DNA from: Candidatus Anderseniibacteriota bacterium
GTDB taxonomy: Bacteria > Patescibacteriota > Andersenbacteria > UBA10190
Direction of reading: 5' to 3'
Assembly (NCBI GenBank): GCA_016197005.1
Contig: JACPWO010000001.1
Location: forward strand, 153,134 to 217,133
Length of the DNA stretch: 64,000 bases
The notes beneath the pieces are model-generated. The model worked only from the letters and a program-made list of their open reading frames with translations, ran no database searches and was not told the DNA's origin. A program made the position numbers and the translations under genes. Shown here in pieces: positions 48,311-58,657 of this stretch (position 1 is the first letter of the stretch; the number at the start of each line of letters is the position of its first letter).

Positions 48311-48384
48311 GTGCACAGGCAGTAAAGCTATTTGCATAACCAGCACCATACTCAGACGACGGAGTGTTGGTTATTTTAAGAAGT

Positions 48385-48421
48385 AAAAAATACTCCTATC
48401 ATCTGGATAGGAGTAAAAATC
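48385..48421. terminator. Bidirectional rho-independent terminator
   Basis: AAAAAA, the hairpin tactcctatc-atctg-gataggagta, then AAAAAT. Confidence 0.6.
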
Positions 48422-48434
48422 CTGTTCTAAATAC

Positions 48435-48923
48435 TTACGCCGATGCACGAGTGAGTACGGGCGACGGATGACAGGGAAACTTGAGCCAGTTCGCTGGAAG
48501 ATCAAGTGATTTTACTGACTGCTGAAGCACTTCAACGTTGCGGACATACACCCAATTTCGATCTACTGCTACGCGGTCCACATCCGTTGCGACCTCTAAA
48601 GCAGAGAGTAGTTCATTCTTACCGCGCTGACGCACTACTTTCTTGGTATACATTTGTTGCGGGGAGAGCTGGCTCCATTTATGCAACCAGACAGTGTACG
48701 TAAATGCTCCCATGCGCCATCGTCCGTCGCTAAATCGCTCTATGGTCCCAGTGTGCTCACAGATGATCCAGGCCGCGCTCAGGGAAGCGTGATCGATGGC
48801 AGAACTTACGATCACCGACGGAACCTGGAAGAGCGGATCGTATCCGTTTCCATTCAGCATGTGCTGCTTCCACGCCTTGACGTCATCGACAAACTCACTG
48901 ATCATCTCGCCCCAAGTACTCAT
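48435..48923 (-). CDS. Hypothetical protein (162 aa)
   Basis: GAAGGAGAA lies before the ATG and a terminator lies downstream. Confidence 0.45.
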   Translation of the reverse strand: MSTWGEMISEFVDDVKAWKQHMLNGNGYDPLFQVPSVIVSSAIDHASLSAAWIICEHTGTIERFSDGRWRMGAFTYTVWLHKWSQLSPQQMYTKKVVRQRGKNELLSALEVATDVDRVAVDRNWVYVRNVEVLQQSVKSLDLPANWLKFPCHPSPVLTRASA

Positions 48924-48952
48924 GTATTCTCCTTCAGTTGTAAGGTGCGGGT

Positions 48953-48979
48953 AAAAAAACAGCCCGCTTATGCGGGCTG
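48953..48979 (-). terminator. Terminator for the PriA-like gene
   Basis: The hairpin cagcccgc-ttat-gcgggctg has an A-run on the plus strand. Confidence 0.45.
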
Positions 48980-49080
48980 CTCTAAATGCACTTCGGTTTT
49001 TTATGTGTAGGCATTTTAACGAATATTATAGACTCGCCCGAGACGGTCAATTCGATTTATTCACATCCCGCATTCCGACG

Positions 49081-50505
49081 CTATAATACTCGCTCCGGAT
49101 CAACATCAACAACATCCGCTTTTAGACTACTATATGCAGATACGAGCTCTTCGATCTGGCCAAACAGAAGTATGTGTTGCTCGTGAACTTTTGGCTTCTT
49201 ATCTTTCTCTAAACTTTGATACGGACCCAGCGCCCTTGCTGGCGCCTGAAGCTTTTTATCCAGTAACGTACGAGCAATTTCCGCTCGTTGTCTTGCCTTC
49301 GTCTTTGTTTTTTCCCTAAACGTCAGTCGCACCATATCGGAAAAGGGAGGATAAAAATATTTTTTCCTCTCCACCAAAATATCCGCATATATGTTTTTCA
49401 CGGTGCCCGTAAGAGAACGCTGCACGAGGTTTTCTTGGCGAGTAACGATTATTACTTTTCGCCGAGGTTTCAACAGACTTTGCAAACGACCCAGAAAAAT
49501 AACAGCTCGTTCGCTACTCCGAAAATCTGGGAAGGAAAGTGTGCCTTCGGGAAACATCCAGATTACTCGATCGAACACGGTGTCACCGACAGCTGCAAAC
49601 AGGCCACTTGTACCAATAAGAATATTTTTGCGAACAAGCCGCAGTGTCTTTAGTGCTTTGGCGACTGAACTCTGTTTTTGGTTATGTAAAATCAAAATGT
49701 TTTCCTTATGTCGCGCCCAACTGTGAAGATCATGTACTAGTGCAGTGGGTAAAAGAAAATTCTTACGCTGATCATTCAGTGAGAGCGTTAGGATTCTTGG
49801 GCTCAGTGGAATATTTCGCCTGGCACTCGACAGACGGTGCCACATCTCAACCGAAGGGAATGATCCTTTTTCGTCTAGATCAGCGCCCGTCTCTTCGGCC
49901 AAGATACGTACCAGACGCCTATTATCTTCCCGTGGGTATTGATCCCATAGTTTATGTGTTGGTAACTGCGGTTCTTCCACCGTTATAGATGCGAGATTAC
50001 GCCAGGGCAAAAAGAGTGCCTTTTGGGTACCAACTATAGTGAGAGCGTTGCCGGCAGCTACTTCTTGCCAAATAGTATTCCGCGTTTTCACTCCTAAGCC
50101 AGCATGGTAAAAAGTCGCTTTCGGAAAACGATTCATCATCCAGCGTTCTGGTACGAGAATAAGATGTTGTCTTCCTCTAGTAGGCTTAGCTACGGTAAGC
50201 GTTAAGGAAGCCGGTAAGAAAAGGCGAAGGGTATACCCTAAGCCACCTCCGGCCATTGCTGAGATCCTGGCTCCAACCGCTAGTTGCTGGGGAACGAGCT
50301 CGGTCGAAAATATTTTGTGTACTGCCTTTGTTGGATACGGCGGCTTCGTAGTAGGAGAGATAACTATCCCGACAACTGTTTGTCGACCAAATGGTACTGA
50401 GATAACTGCACCTGCTTTTAGTTTTTTAGTGGTTGAGTACGTAAATACTTGCCTCCCTCGTGACAGCGGAATGGCCGGAGCTACTTCAACATACATACTA
50501 GTCAA
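49081..50505 (-). CDS. PriA-like primosomal protein N' with degenerate helicase motifs.
   Basis: The N-terminus VEVAPAIPLSRGRQVFTYS...VPFGRQTVVGIV and the C-terminus YFYPPFSDMVRLTF are PriA-like. The Walker A motif GSGKT is absent, and the DEEH box reads VEEP. Confidence 0.5.
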   Translation of the reverse strand: MTSMYVEVAPAIPLSRGRQVFTYSTTKKLKAGAVISVPFGRQTVVGIVISPTTKPPYPTKAVHKIFSTELVPQQLAVGARISAMAGGGLGYTLRLFLPASLTLTVAKPTRGRQHLILVPERWMMNRFPKATFYHAGLGVKTRNTIWQEVAAGNALTIVGTQKALFLPWRNLASITVEEPQLPTHKLWDQYPREDNRRLVRILAEETGADLDEKGSFPSVEMWHRLSSARRNIPLSPRILTLSLNDQRKNFLLPTALVHDLHSWARHKENILILHNQKQSSVAKALKTLRLVRKNILIGTSGLFAAVGDTVFDRVIWMFPEGTLSFPDFRSSERAVIFLGRLQSLLKPRRKVIIVTRQENLVQRSLTGTVKNIYADILVERKKYFYPPFSDMVRLTFREKTKTKARQRAEIARTLLDKKLQAPARALGPYQSLEKDKKPKVHEQHILLFGQIEELVSAYSSLKADVVDVDPERVL

Positions 50506-51028
50506 AATAGCTGACAGAAAATCGGTACATGGTCACAGCTTCTCCTGAACCTATATTCGCTTCTCGCCAGGCAGTCGACAGTTGCTCTTCACCTGTTTCA
50601 ATACCAGACCGTTGCGGCAAGAGCGTGGCAGATTTACTTTTATCCGAGACAATATGTAAGCCATAGAGAGCAGGGTTTAAGTGCTTGTCACTCGTAATAC
50701 GTTCTAGTGGACCTAAAATAGCAACCGAGTAAGACAGGGAAGCTAAGTCGCCCCGACTAATGTTTCCACCCCGGACATGTGACTGAATGGCAGCAATCGT
50801 ATTCATAATAATTTCTTGGGCCAACATAGACTGCTTTGGAAGTGGCGTGCCGTACATAGCTCGTAGGCGTCGACCTGGACTTTCGTACAGGGTTACGTAA
50901 CACGCCCGTTGCAATTGCAAGAGCGTAGGGAGTGGGTACGGAATAGCGACCACCTCGCCATGTAATACGAAATGTTCGGTGGCTTCCTGGGCGAGGCGGA
51001 GAGCTGAAGTAGCAGGGAAAACGGTCAT
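50498..51028 (-). CDS. AMMECR1-like domain protein
   Basis: CYVTLYESPGRRLRAMYGT resembles the AMMECR1 core (FVTL...LRGCIG). I read this match loosely. Confidence 0.4.
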   Translation of the reverse strand: MTVFPATSALRLAQEATEHFVLHGEVVAIPYPLPTLLQLQRACYVTLYESPGRRLRAMYGTPLPKQSMLAQEIIMNTIAAIQSHVRGGNISRGDLASLSYSVAILGPLERITSDKHLNPALYGLHIVSDKSKSATLLPQRSGIETGEEQLSTAWREANIGSGEAVTMYRFSVSYFD

Positions 51029-51151
51029 CTAGTAAGAGTACGAAGAGGAAAGGGGTTTGAAAACTCTATTTAGCTTCCGTACGCTAGTACTATGACGATT
51101 GCCCCTTCAGCTCGAGCTCTCCATATCCGCACCACGGCGGCTGTCCCCGAA

Positions 51152-51670
51152 ATGTCTCGTATCTTTTTAGCCATCCCCATTCCAGCTGCAGCTTCTACGG
51201 TTTTAACGAATGCGACGGAATCATATTTATCCGAAGTTAAAGATATAATGCCGAACGAAAAGTGGCATATAACCATGACGTTTTTAGGAGAAGTAAAAGA
51301 CTTTAGTCAGTACTTACCAGAGATTACGGCAAGCCTGCCCCAAGAGTATGTCTCAGTTGTGAGCGTGACACATATTGGACGCGGAAAGAAAAGCGACCAG
51401 CTGTGGGCTTACGTATACAAGACACCGGCATTGGAACATATTCGTGTCAGCATAGAAGAGCGTCTTATCAGTCTTGGAATTTCCATAACTAACCAGGAGC
51501 AACAATTTATTCCACATATTAACCTGGCTCACCTGAAAAAAGCAGGAAAAGTTACTGATACCCCGTGCTCGCTTACATTTCCGGTGCATGAAATAGGTAT
51601 TTATCAGTCAATTCCCGACGGACAGACAGTTCAGTACAACCGTCTCGGTGACATTGCCCTCACTCCATGA
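51152..51670 (+). CDS. thpR: RNA 2',3'-cyclic phosphodiesterase (2H phosphoesterase, ThpR/LigT family)
   Basis: Two H-x-T/S-x motifs are present: WHITMTF and PHINLAH. Confidence 0.65.
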   Translation: MSRIFLAIPIPAAASTVLTNATESYLSEVKDIMPNEKWHITMTFLGEVKDFSQYLPEITASLPQEYVSVVSVTHIGRGKKSDQLWAYVYKTPALEHIRVSIEERLISLGISITNQEQQFIPHINLAHLKKAGKVTDTPCSLTFPVHEIGIYQSIPDGQTVQYNRLGDIALTP

Positions 51671-52461
51671 TAGAGCGCTTGCCAATTGGTAAAACGACGT
51701 GTGACTACCTCGAAGCAGAAGAGTTTTACCGACTAGCCAACGGATGGCTGGGAAGCAATAAATTTACTCACGTCGTAACACTGAATCCGGAAATGGTCAT
51801 GGAAGCAGAAAAAAATATTTCTTTCCGTGAAGCGCTAAACCGCGCTGATATTCGCATACCAGATGGTTCCGGTCTTATTTGGGCACGCTGGTACCTGCGC
51901 TCGTCATACTGGAATCTTCTGCCTAGTCTATTTGGATTCTTGCGTCGTCCGGCACAACGTATTACTGGAGTCGATGCGTTGTTTGAGTTATCTCGTCTGG
52001 CTCACGCGCATCATAAGACTGTGTATTTATTAGGGGGAACAATGGGACAAGCAGAGAGCACAAAAAAACTCTTAGAAAAAAAACTACCTGGTATTGTCGT
52101 CTTTGTCGCCGCTCCGCATGCATTCGATATGGCTGGACCGAAAACTATTTTGGCTGACATTGTTGCCAAAAAACCGGACCTTCTATTTGTTGCGTATGGT
52201 GCCCCAAAACAAACGGAGTGGATTGAACGCCATCGATCCGACCTCGCTACTATTCGCTTGGCCGTAGGGATCGGCGGAGCCTTCGCTATCTTAAGCGAAG
52301 ACACTCCAAGAGCTCCGAGAGTATTACATGAACTGAATTTAGAATGGCTGTGGCGTCTACTACTTCAGCCCGCTCGTTTACCTCGAATTTGGCAGGCAGT
52401 TGTGAAATTTCCGCTCCTAATGCAGAAGCAAAAAGAGCGTGCTGTGCATAACTCGTTCTGA
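51667..52461 (+). CDS. WecB/TagA/CpsF-family glycosyltransferase
   Basis: VVTLNPEMVMEAEKNISFREALNRADIRIPDGSGLIWA and VYLLGG are family signatures. Confidence 0.7.
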   Translation: MIERLPIGKTTCDYLEAEEFYRLANGWLGSNKFTHVVTLNPEMVMEAEKNISFREALNRADIRIPDGSGLIWARWYLRSSYWNLLPSLFGFLRRPAQRITGVDALFELSRLAHAHHKTVYLLGGTMGQAESTKKLLEKKLPGIVVFVAAPHAFDMAGPKTILADIVAKKPDLLFVAYGAPKQTEWIERHRSDLATIRLAVGIGGAFAILSEDTPRAPRVLHELNLEWLWRLLLQPARLPRIWQAVVKFPLLMQKQKERAVHNSF

Positions 52462-52612
52462 CGGCACAATCCGTCCAGAGCTGCATGTGATAGTATGGGA
52501 ATTACTGTACTTCCCATCCTTCATACACTCTTTTCCACGTCCCTTCTTCTTTTCCTAGTTGGGGGTTTTTAGAGCATCAATTTTTTAATCCTTAGCAAAC
52601 AAACACCTGGGT

Positions 52613-55297
52613 ATGCCCATCGAAAAAGTAAAAAAACGTAACGGAAACATCGTCGATTTTGATCGTGATCGCATACAGACTGCTGTTCATAAAGCATTCA
52701 GTGCGATTCATAAAGAAAAGCAAGACGAGTCTGATGTTATCACTAATGAAGTGGTGCGAACGCTAGAAGCATCGTTCCCAGGCGCCAGTATTCCGAACGT
52801 CGAAGACATTCAAGATGTTGTCGAAAAGAAAATTGCCGAGCGTGGATATTTTGATGTCGCCAAGTCATACATTTTGTACCGCAAAGAGCACGAACAGAAG
52901 CGAGAAGATGAACAACATGAACTCCTTAGTAAAATTAGTGCGCGAAAAATTTCTGTTACGAAGCGTGATGGAACAAAAGTTGCCTTTGATTTAACTCAAG
53001 TTCGAGCAGCGATTGAGCGCTACTGCGGCGATGACCTTAAGCCTTCGGTTATTGATCAGATTATTAGTGAGGCACTAACGAACGTATACGACGGTATCTC
53101 CACATCTGAGATTAACCAGGCTCTTATTATGTCACTGCGGGCCCGTATTGAGCGTGATCCACTCTATTCCTATCTAGCTGCTCGCGTTCTCTTAAATGAC
53201 CTCTACCGCGATATTATTCGCACTGACGAAGCTGATAAGAACTTTGAAGAAACCTACCGCCGTGGCCTTATAGACAGCCTCAAGCTTGGAATTGCTGCAG
53301 AACGGCTAGATAAACACCTCCTCGACTTTAATCTGAAGAAGTTATCTGCTGCGATTGACGTTTCGCGTGACCGACTCTTTAACTACATGAGTATTGAAAC
53401 ACTGCGCGGTCGTTACCTTATTCGTGACCTCGCACAAAACATACTAGAAGTACCGCAATATTTCTGGATGCGGGTAGCGATGGGTCTCGCAATGGGGGAG
53501 AAGGCAGAGGTACGAGACGCGAAAGCAATTGAGTTCTACAACGTGTTGTCCTCCTTGCGCTATGTTGCGTCTACTCCAACTTTATTCCACTCCGGAACGA
53601 ATCATCCTCAGATGAGTTCCTGCTATCTCACCACCGTTGAAGATGATCTTGATCATATTTTCAAAAGCATCGGCGATAACGCTCAGCTTTCTAAGTGGTC
53701 AGGTGGACTAGGAAATGACTGGACGAATATTCGAGCTACTGGTGCCCAAATTAAAAGCACCAATGTTGGTAGTCAAGGAGTAGTTCCATTCCTCAAGATT
53801 TCTGATGCCACCACAGCCGCTATTAACCGTAGCGGTAAACGTCGCGGTGCTACTTGTGTCTACCTCGAAACATGGCACTACGATATTGAAGACTTTTTAG
53901 AACTACGTAAGAATACCGGCGACGAACGACGTCGCACCCACGACACCAACACCGCCAATTGGATTCCAGATTTGTTTATGAAGCGAGTGTTGCAAGGCGG
54001 GGAGTGGACACTGTTCTCACCAGACGAGACGCCAGAGTTACATCATTTGTACGGCCGAAAGTTTGAAGAGAAATACGAAGCATATGAAAAGATGGCTGAC
54101 GAAGGCAAAATCCGTTTATGGAAACGGGTACCGGCCGCTCATATGTGGCGCCAGATGATCAACATGTTGTTCTCAACCGGACACCCTTGGATGACGTGGA
54201 AAGATGCTTCGAACATCCGTTCACCGCAAGATCATGTCGGGGTTGTCCACAGTTCAAACTTGTGTACTGAGATCACATTAAATACATCGCGTGATGAAAC
54301 AGCAGTGTGTAATCTTGGCTCTATTAACCTAGTAAGACACGTTCGCGACGGGCAAGTAGATAAAGCCATGCTGGCTGAGACGACCACTACCGCCATGCGC
54401 ATGCTTGATAACGTTATTGATCTCAACTTCTATCCAACCAAAGAAGCGAAAAACTCTAACATGAAGCATCGTCCCGTGGGACTCGGAATTATGGGTTGGC
54501 AGGATATGTTGTACGACTTAGGTATGCAGTTCGACAGCGAAGAGGCAGTTGAGCTATCTGATGAGATCATGGAATTTATTTCCTACCATTCCATTGGAGC
54601 CTCCTCACAGTTGGCGAAAGAAAAAGGAACCTATGAGTCATACAAAGGATCGAAATGGGACCGCAATCTGTTTCCAATTGATACCGTTGACGTTCTAGAA
54701 GCCGAACGTGGCGTAAAGATAGAAGTTGATCGCACCGCTCGCATGGACTGGTCTCCAGTCCGAGCACATGTCAAAGAATATGGTATGCGTAACTCTAACT
54801 GCATGGCTATCGCGCCGACTGCCACTATCTCGACTATTGCCGGCTGCCTACCTTCAATTGAGCCGATCTACAAGAATATTTATACCAAGTCGAACGTAAC
54901 TGGTGAGTTCACGGTGGTTAATCACAAACTTATAGTTGAACTAAAGAAACTAAACCTGTGGAACAGGGAGATGCTCGAGAAGATTAAGCATTATGAAGGT
55001 AGTATTCAAGATATCCCAGAAATTCCTCAGCGCATTAAAGACAGATATAAGGAAGTGTTTGAGATTAATTGGGACTGGATCATCCGACATGCTGCTAAGC
55101 GAAGCAAGTGGATTGATCAAAGTCAGTCACTTAATCTATTCATCCGCACCGAATCTGGTAAATCTATTTCCGACATGTATCTAGCAGCTTGGAAAGCGGG
55201 ATTGAAAACGACCTATTATCTTCGCACACTAGCAGCATCCGGAGTCGAGCAGAGCACCATCGACATTAATAAGAAATTCGCCGCTCCCACCGCTTAA
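52613..55297 (+). CDS. nrdA: Ribonucleoside-diphosphate reductase alpha subunit (class I), with two N-terminal ATP-cone-like segments.
   Basis: VKKRNGNIVDFDRDRI and VTKRDGTKVAFDLTQV are two ATP-cone segments. NLCTEITL carries the active-site Cys. The C-terminal tail is AASGVEQ. Confidence 0.9.
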   Translation: MPIEKVKKRNGNIVDFDRDRIQTAVHKAFSAIHKEKQDESDVITNEVVRTLEASFPGASIPNVEDIQDVVEKKIAERGYFDVAKSYILYRKEHEQKREDEQHELLSKISARKISVTKRDGTKVAFDLTQVRAAIERYCGDDLKPSVIDQIISEALTNVYDGISTSEINQALIMSLRARIERDPLYSYLAARVLLNDLYRDIIRTDEADKNFEETYRRGLIDSLKLGIAAERLDKHLLDFNLKKLSAAIDVSRDRLFNYMSIETLRGRYLIRDLAQNILEVPQYFWMRVAMGLAMGEKAEVRDAKAIEFYNVLSSLRYVASTPTLFHSGTNHPQMSSCYLTTVEDDLDHIFKSIGDNAQLSKWSGGLGNDWTNIRATGAQIKSTNVGSQGVVPFLKISDATTAAINRSGKRRGATCVYLETWHYDIEDFLELRKNTGDERRRTHDTNTANWIPDLFMKRVLQGGEWTLFSPDETPELHHLYGRKFEEKYEAYEKMADEGKIRLWKRVPAAHMWRQMINMLFSTGHPWMTWKDASNIRSPQDHVGVVHSSNLCTEITLNTSRDETAVCNLGSINLVRHVRDGQVDKAMLAETTTTAMRMLDNVIDLNFYPTKEAKNSNMKHRPVGLGIMGWQDMLYDLGMQFDSEEAVELSDEIMEFISYHSIGASSQLAKEKGTYESYKGSKWDRNLFPIDTVDVLEAERGVKIEVDRTARMDWSPVRAHVKEYGMRNSNCMAIAPTATISTIAGCLPSIEPIYKNIYTKSNVTGEFTVVNHKLIVELKKLNLWNREMLEKIKHYEGSIQDIPEIPQRIKDRYKEVFEINWDWIIRHAAKRSKWIDQSQSLNLFIRTESGKSISDMYLAAWKAGLKTTYYLRTLAASGVEQSTIDINKKFAAPTA

Positions 55298-55324
55298 AAA
55301 CTCTAAACCACTAAATCAAAACCT

Positions 55325-56338
55325 ATGGTAGTAAATACAGACGACAAACGCATTCTTAATTGCGGTACCACTGATCCTAACAAGATCTTACCGATGAAAT
55401 ACTTGTGGGCTCGTGAGCACTACAAGAAAGGCGTATCTAATAACTGGGTGCCAGAAGAAGTAAACATGCAGAAAGATGTTGAAACCTGGAAGAGTAAAGA
55501 CGCACTAACGGAAGACGAGCGTCGCCTCATCATGTGGAATATGGGTTTCTTCTCCACGGCCGAGAGCCTAACGGCGAATAACCTCGTACTTACAATCTAC
55601 AGTCACATTACTAATCCGGAGTGTCGTCAATATTTACTGCGCCAAGCATATGAAGAAGCAGTCCACACTGATACCTTCATTTATTGCTGTGATACCTTAG
55701 GACTTGATCCACGCGAGGTATACAACATGTACAACACCATCCCCAGCATCAAACGGAAGGATGAGTTTGTAGTAAATATGACCAAGTCTCTCCTTGAACC
55801 TAACTTCTCGACCGAGGGAACAGAAAACATTCAACGTTTTGTCCACGATCTCGTTGGTTTTTACGTCATTATGGAAGGTATTTTCTTTTACGCTGGGTTC
55901 GTCGCTATGCTGTCATTCCTGCGTCGTAACAAAATGGTTGGTGTAGGAGAACAATTCCAATTTATCCTTCGTGACGAGTCCGTTCATTTGGCTTTCGGCA
56001 CCGACTTAATTAACACTATTGTGACTGAAAATCCAGAAATTTGGACCGAGCAATTCAAAACAACTATCACGGAAAATATTAAGCAGGGGGTAGAGCTGGA
56101 AACGGCCTATGCCTTTGATAGTCTACCGCGTGGCATTTTGGGCCTGAATGCTGACACGATCGCCGAATACCTAAAGTACATCGCCGACAGACGTCTTGAA
56201 CGCATTAACCTCAAGAAAGTGTACGGGACAGAGAATCCATTCCCATGGATGAGTGAAATTATTGACCTGCGTAAAGAGAAAAATTTCTTCGAAACGCGCG
56301 TGACGGAGTACCAGACCGCTGGAAACTTAAAGTGGTAG
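55325..56338 (+). CDS. nrdB: Ribonucleoside-diphosphate reductase beta subunit
   Basis: The ferritin-like di-iron motifs are EEAVHTDTFIYC and RDESVHLAFG. Confidence 0.85.
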   Translation: MVVNTDDKRILNCGTTDPNKILPMKYLWAREHYKKGVSNNWVPEEVNMQKDVETWKSKDALTEDERRLIMWNMGFFSTAESLTANNLVLTIYSHITNPECRQYLLRQAYEEAVHTDTFIYCCDTLGLDPREVYNMYNTIPSIKRKDEFVVNMTKSLLEPNFSTEGTENIQRFVHDLVGFYVIMEGIFFYAGFVAMLSFLRRNKMVGVGEQFQFILRDESVHLAFGTDLINTIVTENPEIWTEQFKTTITENIKQGVELETAYAFDSLPRGILGLNADTIAEYLKYIADRRLERINLKKVYGTENPFPWMSEIIDLRKEKNFFETRVTEYQTAGNLKW

Positions 56339-56570
56339 GAAATCATGTTGGACTACCCTGACAAAGTGGATAAGTTTGGCCTACAGAATAGTACGGGTAG
56401 GAGTATACTTAAAAGATCATTTATTCTTAAACACAAACACTCCGATATGGAGGGCAACAATAAAAATCAGCCGCACCGGGATGATGATTGGAAGCTCGAA
56501 GGCCAAGGCCAAGAGGGCGATCCAAACCTCAACGTTTGCGAAAGCTGTCAGTAAGTTTTTTCCTTACTAC

Positions 56571-56605
56571 CCAAATACCCCGCTTCACGTAAGCGGGGTA
56601 TTTGG
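56571..56605 (+). terminator. Strong hairpin with a 13-bp perfect stem downstream of nrdB and a small ORF.
   Basis: ccaaataccccgc-ttcacgtaa-gcggggtatttgg. Confidence 0.45.
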
Positions 56606-56617
56606 CATACTAAGGGG

Positions 56618-57205
56618 ATGACTCACCGCGCACCCCGCATCCCAACCCACGCTACAAAAGCGTTTGAAGGGACCATCTTTACTACCTGGCAATGGGAGCA
56701 GGAAATGTTTGATGGTACCACTCAGATATTTGAGGGGGTAACGAGACCAGATTACGGCACCGCTGTGGGAGTGCTACCAGATAAAAATATTTTACTTGTG
56801 TGGGATGAACAGCCTGATCGCAAAGGCGTTCTTACTTCTGCCGGGGGACGACTGGAAATAGGAGAGAGTGCAGAAGAGGGGACAAAGCGAGAATTTCTGG
56901 AGGAGACTGGCTACGAGGTAGGCAAACTTACCGCCTGGTTTAAATACCGACAGGGAGGAAAAGTAGAATACTATAATCACTTTTTTATCGCTTGCGACCT
57001 CACGAAGGTGGCGGAGATGAAACTGGACGCTGGAGAAAGGATCGAACTTAAAACATTTTCGTTTGAAGACTTTCTGCGACTTGGAAGTGACGACTCAAAA
57101 GATATAGGCGGTCCAGTGCGAGATCCAATACTGCGTATTCATTTACTTGAAGCTAGCCTCGACAAGGATAAGCGAAACAAGCTATACAGCCTATTATATG
57201 ATTAA
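56618..57205 (+). CDS. NUDIX hydrolase
   Basis: The Nudix box is GGRLEIGESAEEGTKREFLEETGYEV. Confidence 0.75.
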   Translation: MTHRAPRIPTHATKAFEGTIFTTWQWEQEMFDGTTQIFEGVTRPDYGTAVGVLPDKNILLVWDEQPDRKGVLTSAGGRLEIGESAEEGTKREFLEETGYEVGKLTAWFKYRQGGKVEYYNHFFIACDLTKVAEMKLDAGERIELKTFSFEDFLRLGSDDSKDIGGPVRDPILRIHLLEASLDKDKRNKLYSLLYD

Positions 57206-58535
57206 CATTCGCGTTCGAGTTGCCCCGAGCCCTACCGGTAATCTGCATGTTGGTACAGCACGCACGGCATTGTTTAATGAACTCCTCGCGCGCCAGCAAG
57301 GTGGAAAATTTATTATTCGTCTAGAAGATACGGACAAGGAACGTTCGAAGAAAGAGTTTGAAGAAAATATTCTCGAGGGACTTAGGTGGCTAGGACTGAC
57401 GTGGGATGAAGGCCCAGATATTGGCGGAGATTTTGGCCCGTATAGACAATCAGAACGAACCGCTGTGTACACCGCTGCTCTTCAGCAATTATTAGATCAA
57501 GGTAAGGCTAAAAAGGGAGAAGGCGAGACGATTGTACTGCTAGTTGAACCTCAAGAAGTAGTATTTAAAGATGAAGTTCGCGGAGAAGTAAAAGTACATA
57601 CCGATAGCTTCGGCGGCAATTTCATTATTGCTCGCTCACTGACCGATCCGCTTTTTCACCTGGCGGTAGTCGTTGATGACGAAGCCATGAAGATAACCCA
57701 TGTTATTCGCGGTGAGGATCACCTCCACAACACTGTAAAACATATCCTCATTCAACGCGCCCTAGGGTACGCCACCCCTAGCTATGCCCACTTACCACTC
57801 TTACTTGATGAGAAGCGAGCCAAACTTTCTAAGCGTTCGGGCGAGACAAGTCTGCTCGTGTATCGCGATCGAGGTTATCTGCCTGAGGCAATGCTCAACT
57901 ACTTAGCACTGCTTGGTTGGAACCCCAAAAACGATCGAGAATTTTTTAGTCACCAAGAATTAGTAGAAGCCTTCAATCTAAGCGGCGTCCAAAAAGCCGG
58001 TGCAGTATTTTCGATGCACAAACTAGATTCTGTTAACAAATATTACTTACAAAAGCTATCCCCCCAGGAGCTATGCCTGGCTTCACTCCCATTTCTTGAG
58101 AAGGCAGGCATTACTACGAGTGACACTCAACGACTTGAACAAGCACTCACCGCTGAACAGCCCCGCGCCGCACATCTAACTGATCTTGCGAGTGCGGTAG
58201 AGTGGGTGGCTGACAGTTGGCCAGGAAATTATGAGACGGCACTTCTGATATGGAAGAAAAGTGATGCCGCAACAACGAAAACGCTTCTGGAAAAAATGAC
58301 TGCGAAGATGCAAGAGATATCAGAAGAAAAGTTTACAGAGAACGATTTAGAAAAAATACTTTTAGAATGGATTGACGAAGAAGATATGGGTAGGGGAGAC
58401 ACTCTCTGGCCCCTGCGAGTAGCACTCACGGGCCGCAAGCATTCACCTGGTCCCTTTGAAGTAGCATCAATTCTTGGAAAGGGAGAAGTAGCTCGACGCC
58501 TACTGCTTGCTCAAGAGAAATTTGGTAGTCTGTAA
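57198..58535 (+). CDS. gltX: Glutamate--tRNA ligase
   Basis: VRVAPSPTGNLHVGTARTALFN is the HIGH region. KLSKRSG is the KMSKS motif. Confidence 0.85.
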   Translation: MINIRVRVAPSPTGNLHVGTARTALFNELLARQQGGKFIIRLEDTDKERSKKEFEENILEGLRWLGLTWDEGPDIGGDFGPYRQSERTAVYTAALQQLLDQGKAKKGEGETIVLLVEPQEVVFKDEVRGEVKVHTDSFGGNFIIARSLTDPLFHLAVVVDDEAMKITHVIRGEDHLHNTVKHILIQRALGYATPSYAHLPLLLDEKRAKLSKRSGETSLLVYRDRGYLPEAMLNYLALLGWNPKNDREFFSHQELVEAFNLSGVQKAGAVFSMHKLDSVNKYYLQKLSPQELCLASLPFLEKAGITTSDTQRLEQALTAEQPRAAHLTDLASAVEWVADSWPGNYETALLIWKKSDAATTKTLLEKMTAKMQEISEEKFTENDLEKILLEWIDEEDMGRGDTLWPLRVALTGRKHSPGPFEVASILGKGEVARRLLLAQEKFGSL

Positions 58536-58537
58536 CT

Positions 58538-58633
58538 ATGGCTGTACATCACCGAAGTCGAATCGTGCGGGCAATTTATATCTTTATTGTCCTCTTCCTG
58601 TTGATTGGAATGGTCGGTTTTTCATTAGTTTGA
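58538..58633 (+). CDS. Possible 31-aa hydrophobic micro-protein (MAVHHRSRIVRAIYIFIVLFLLIGMVGFSLV)
   Basis: Its ATG lies 2 nt after the gltX stop. It contains a single TM-like segment. It is speculative. Confidence 0.2.
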   Translation: MAVHHRSRIVRAIYIFIVLFLLIGMVGFSLV

Positions 58634-58657
58634 CCAAACCGCGTTTCCTGTGGCCTA

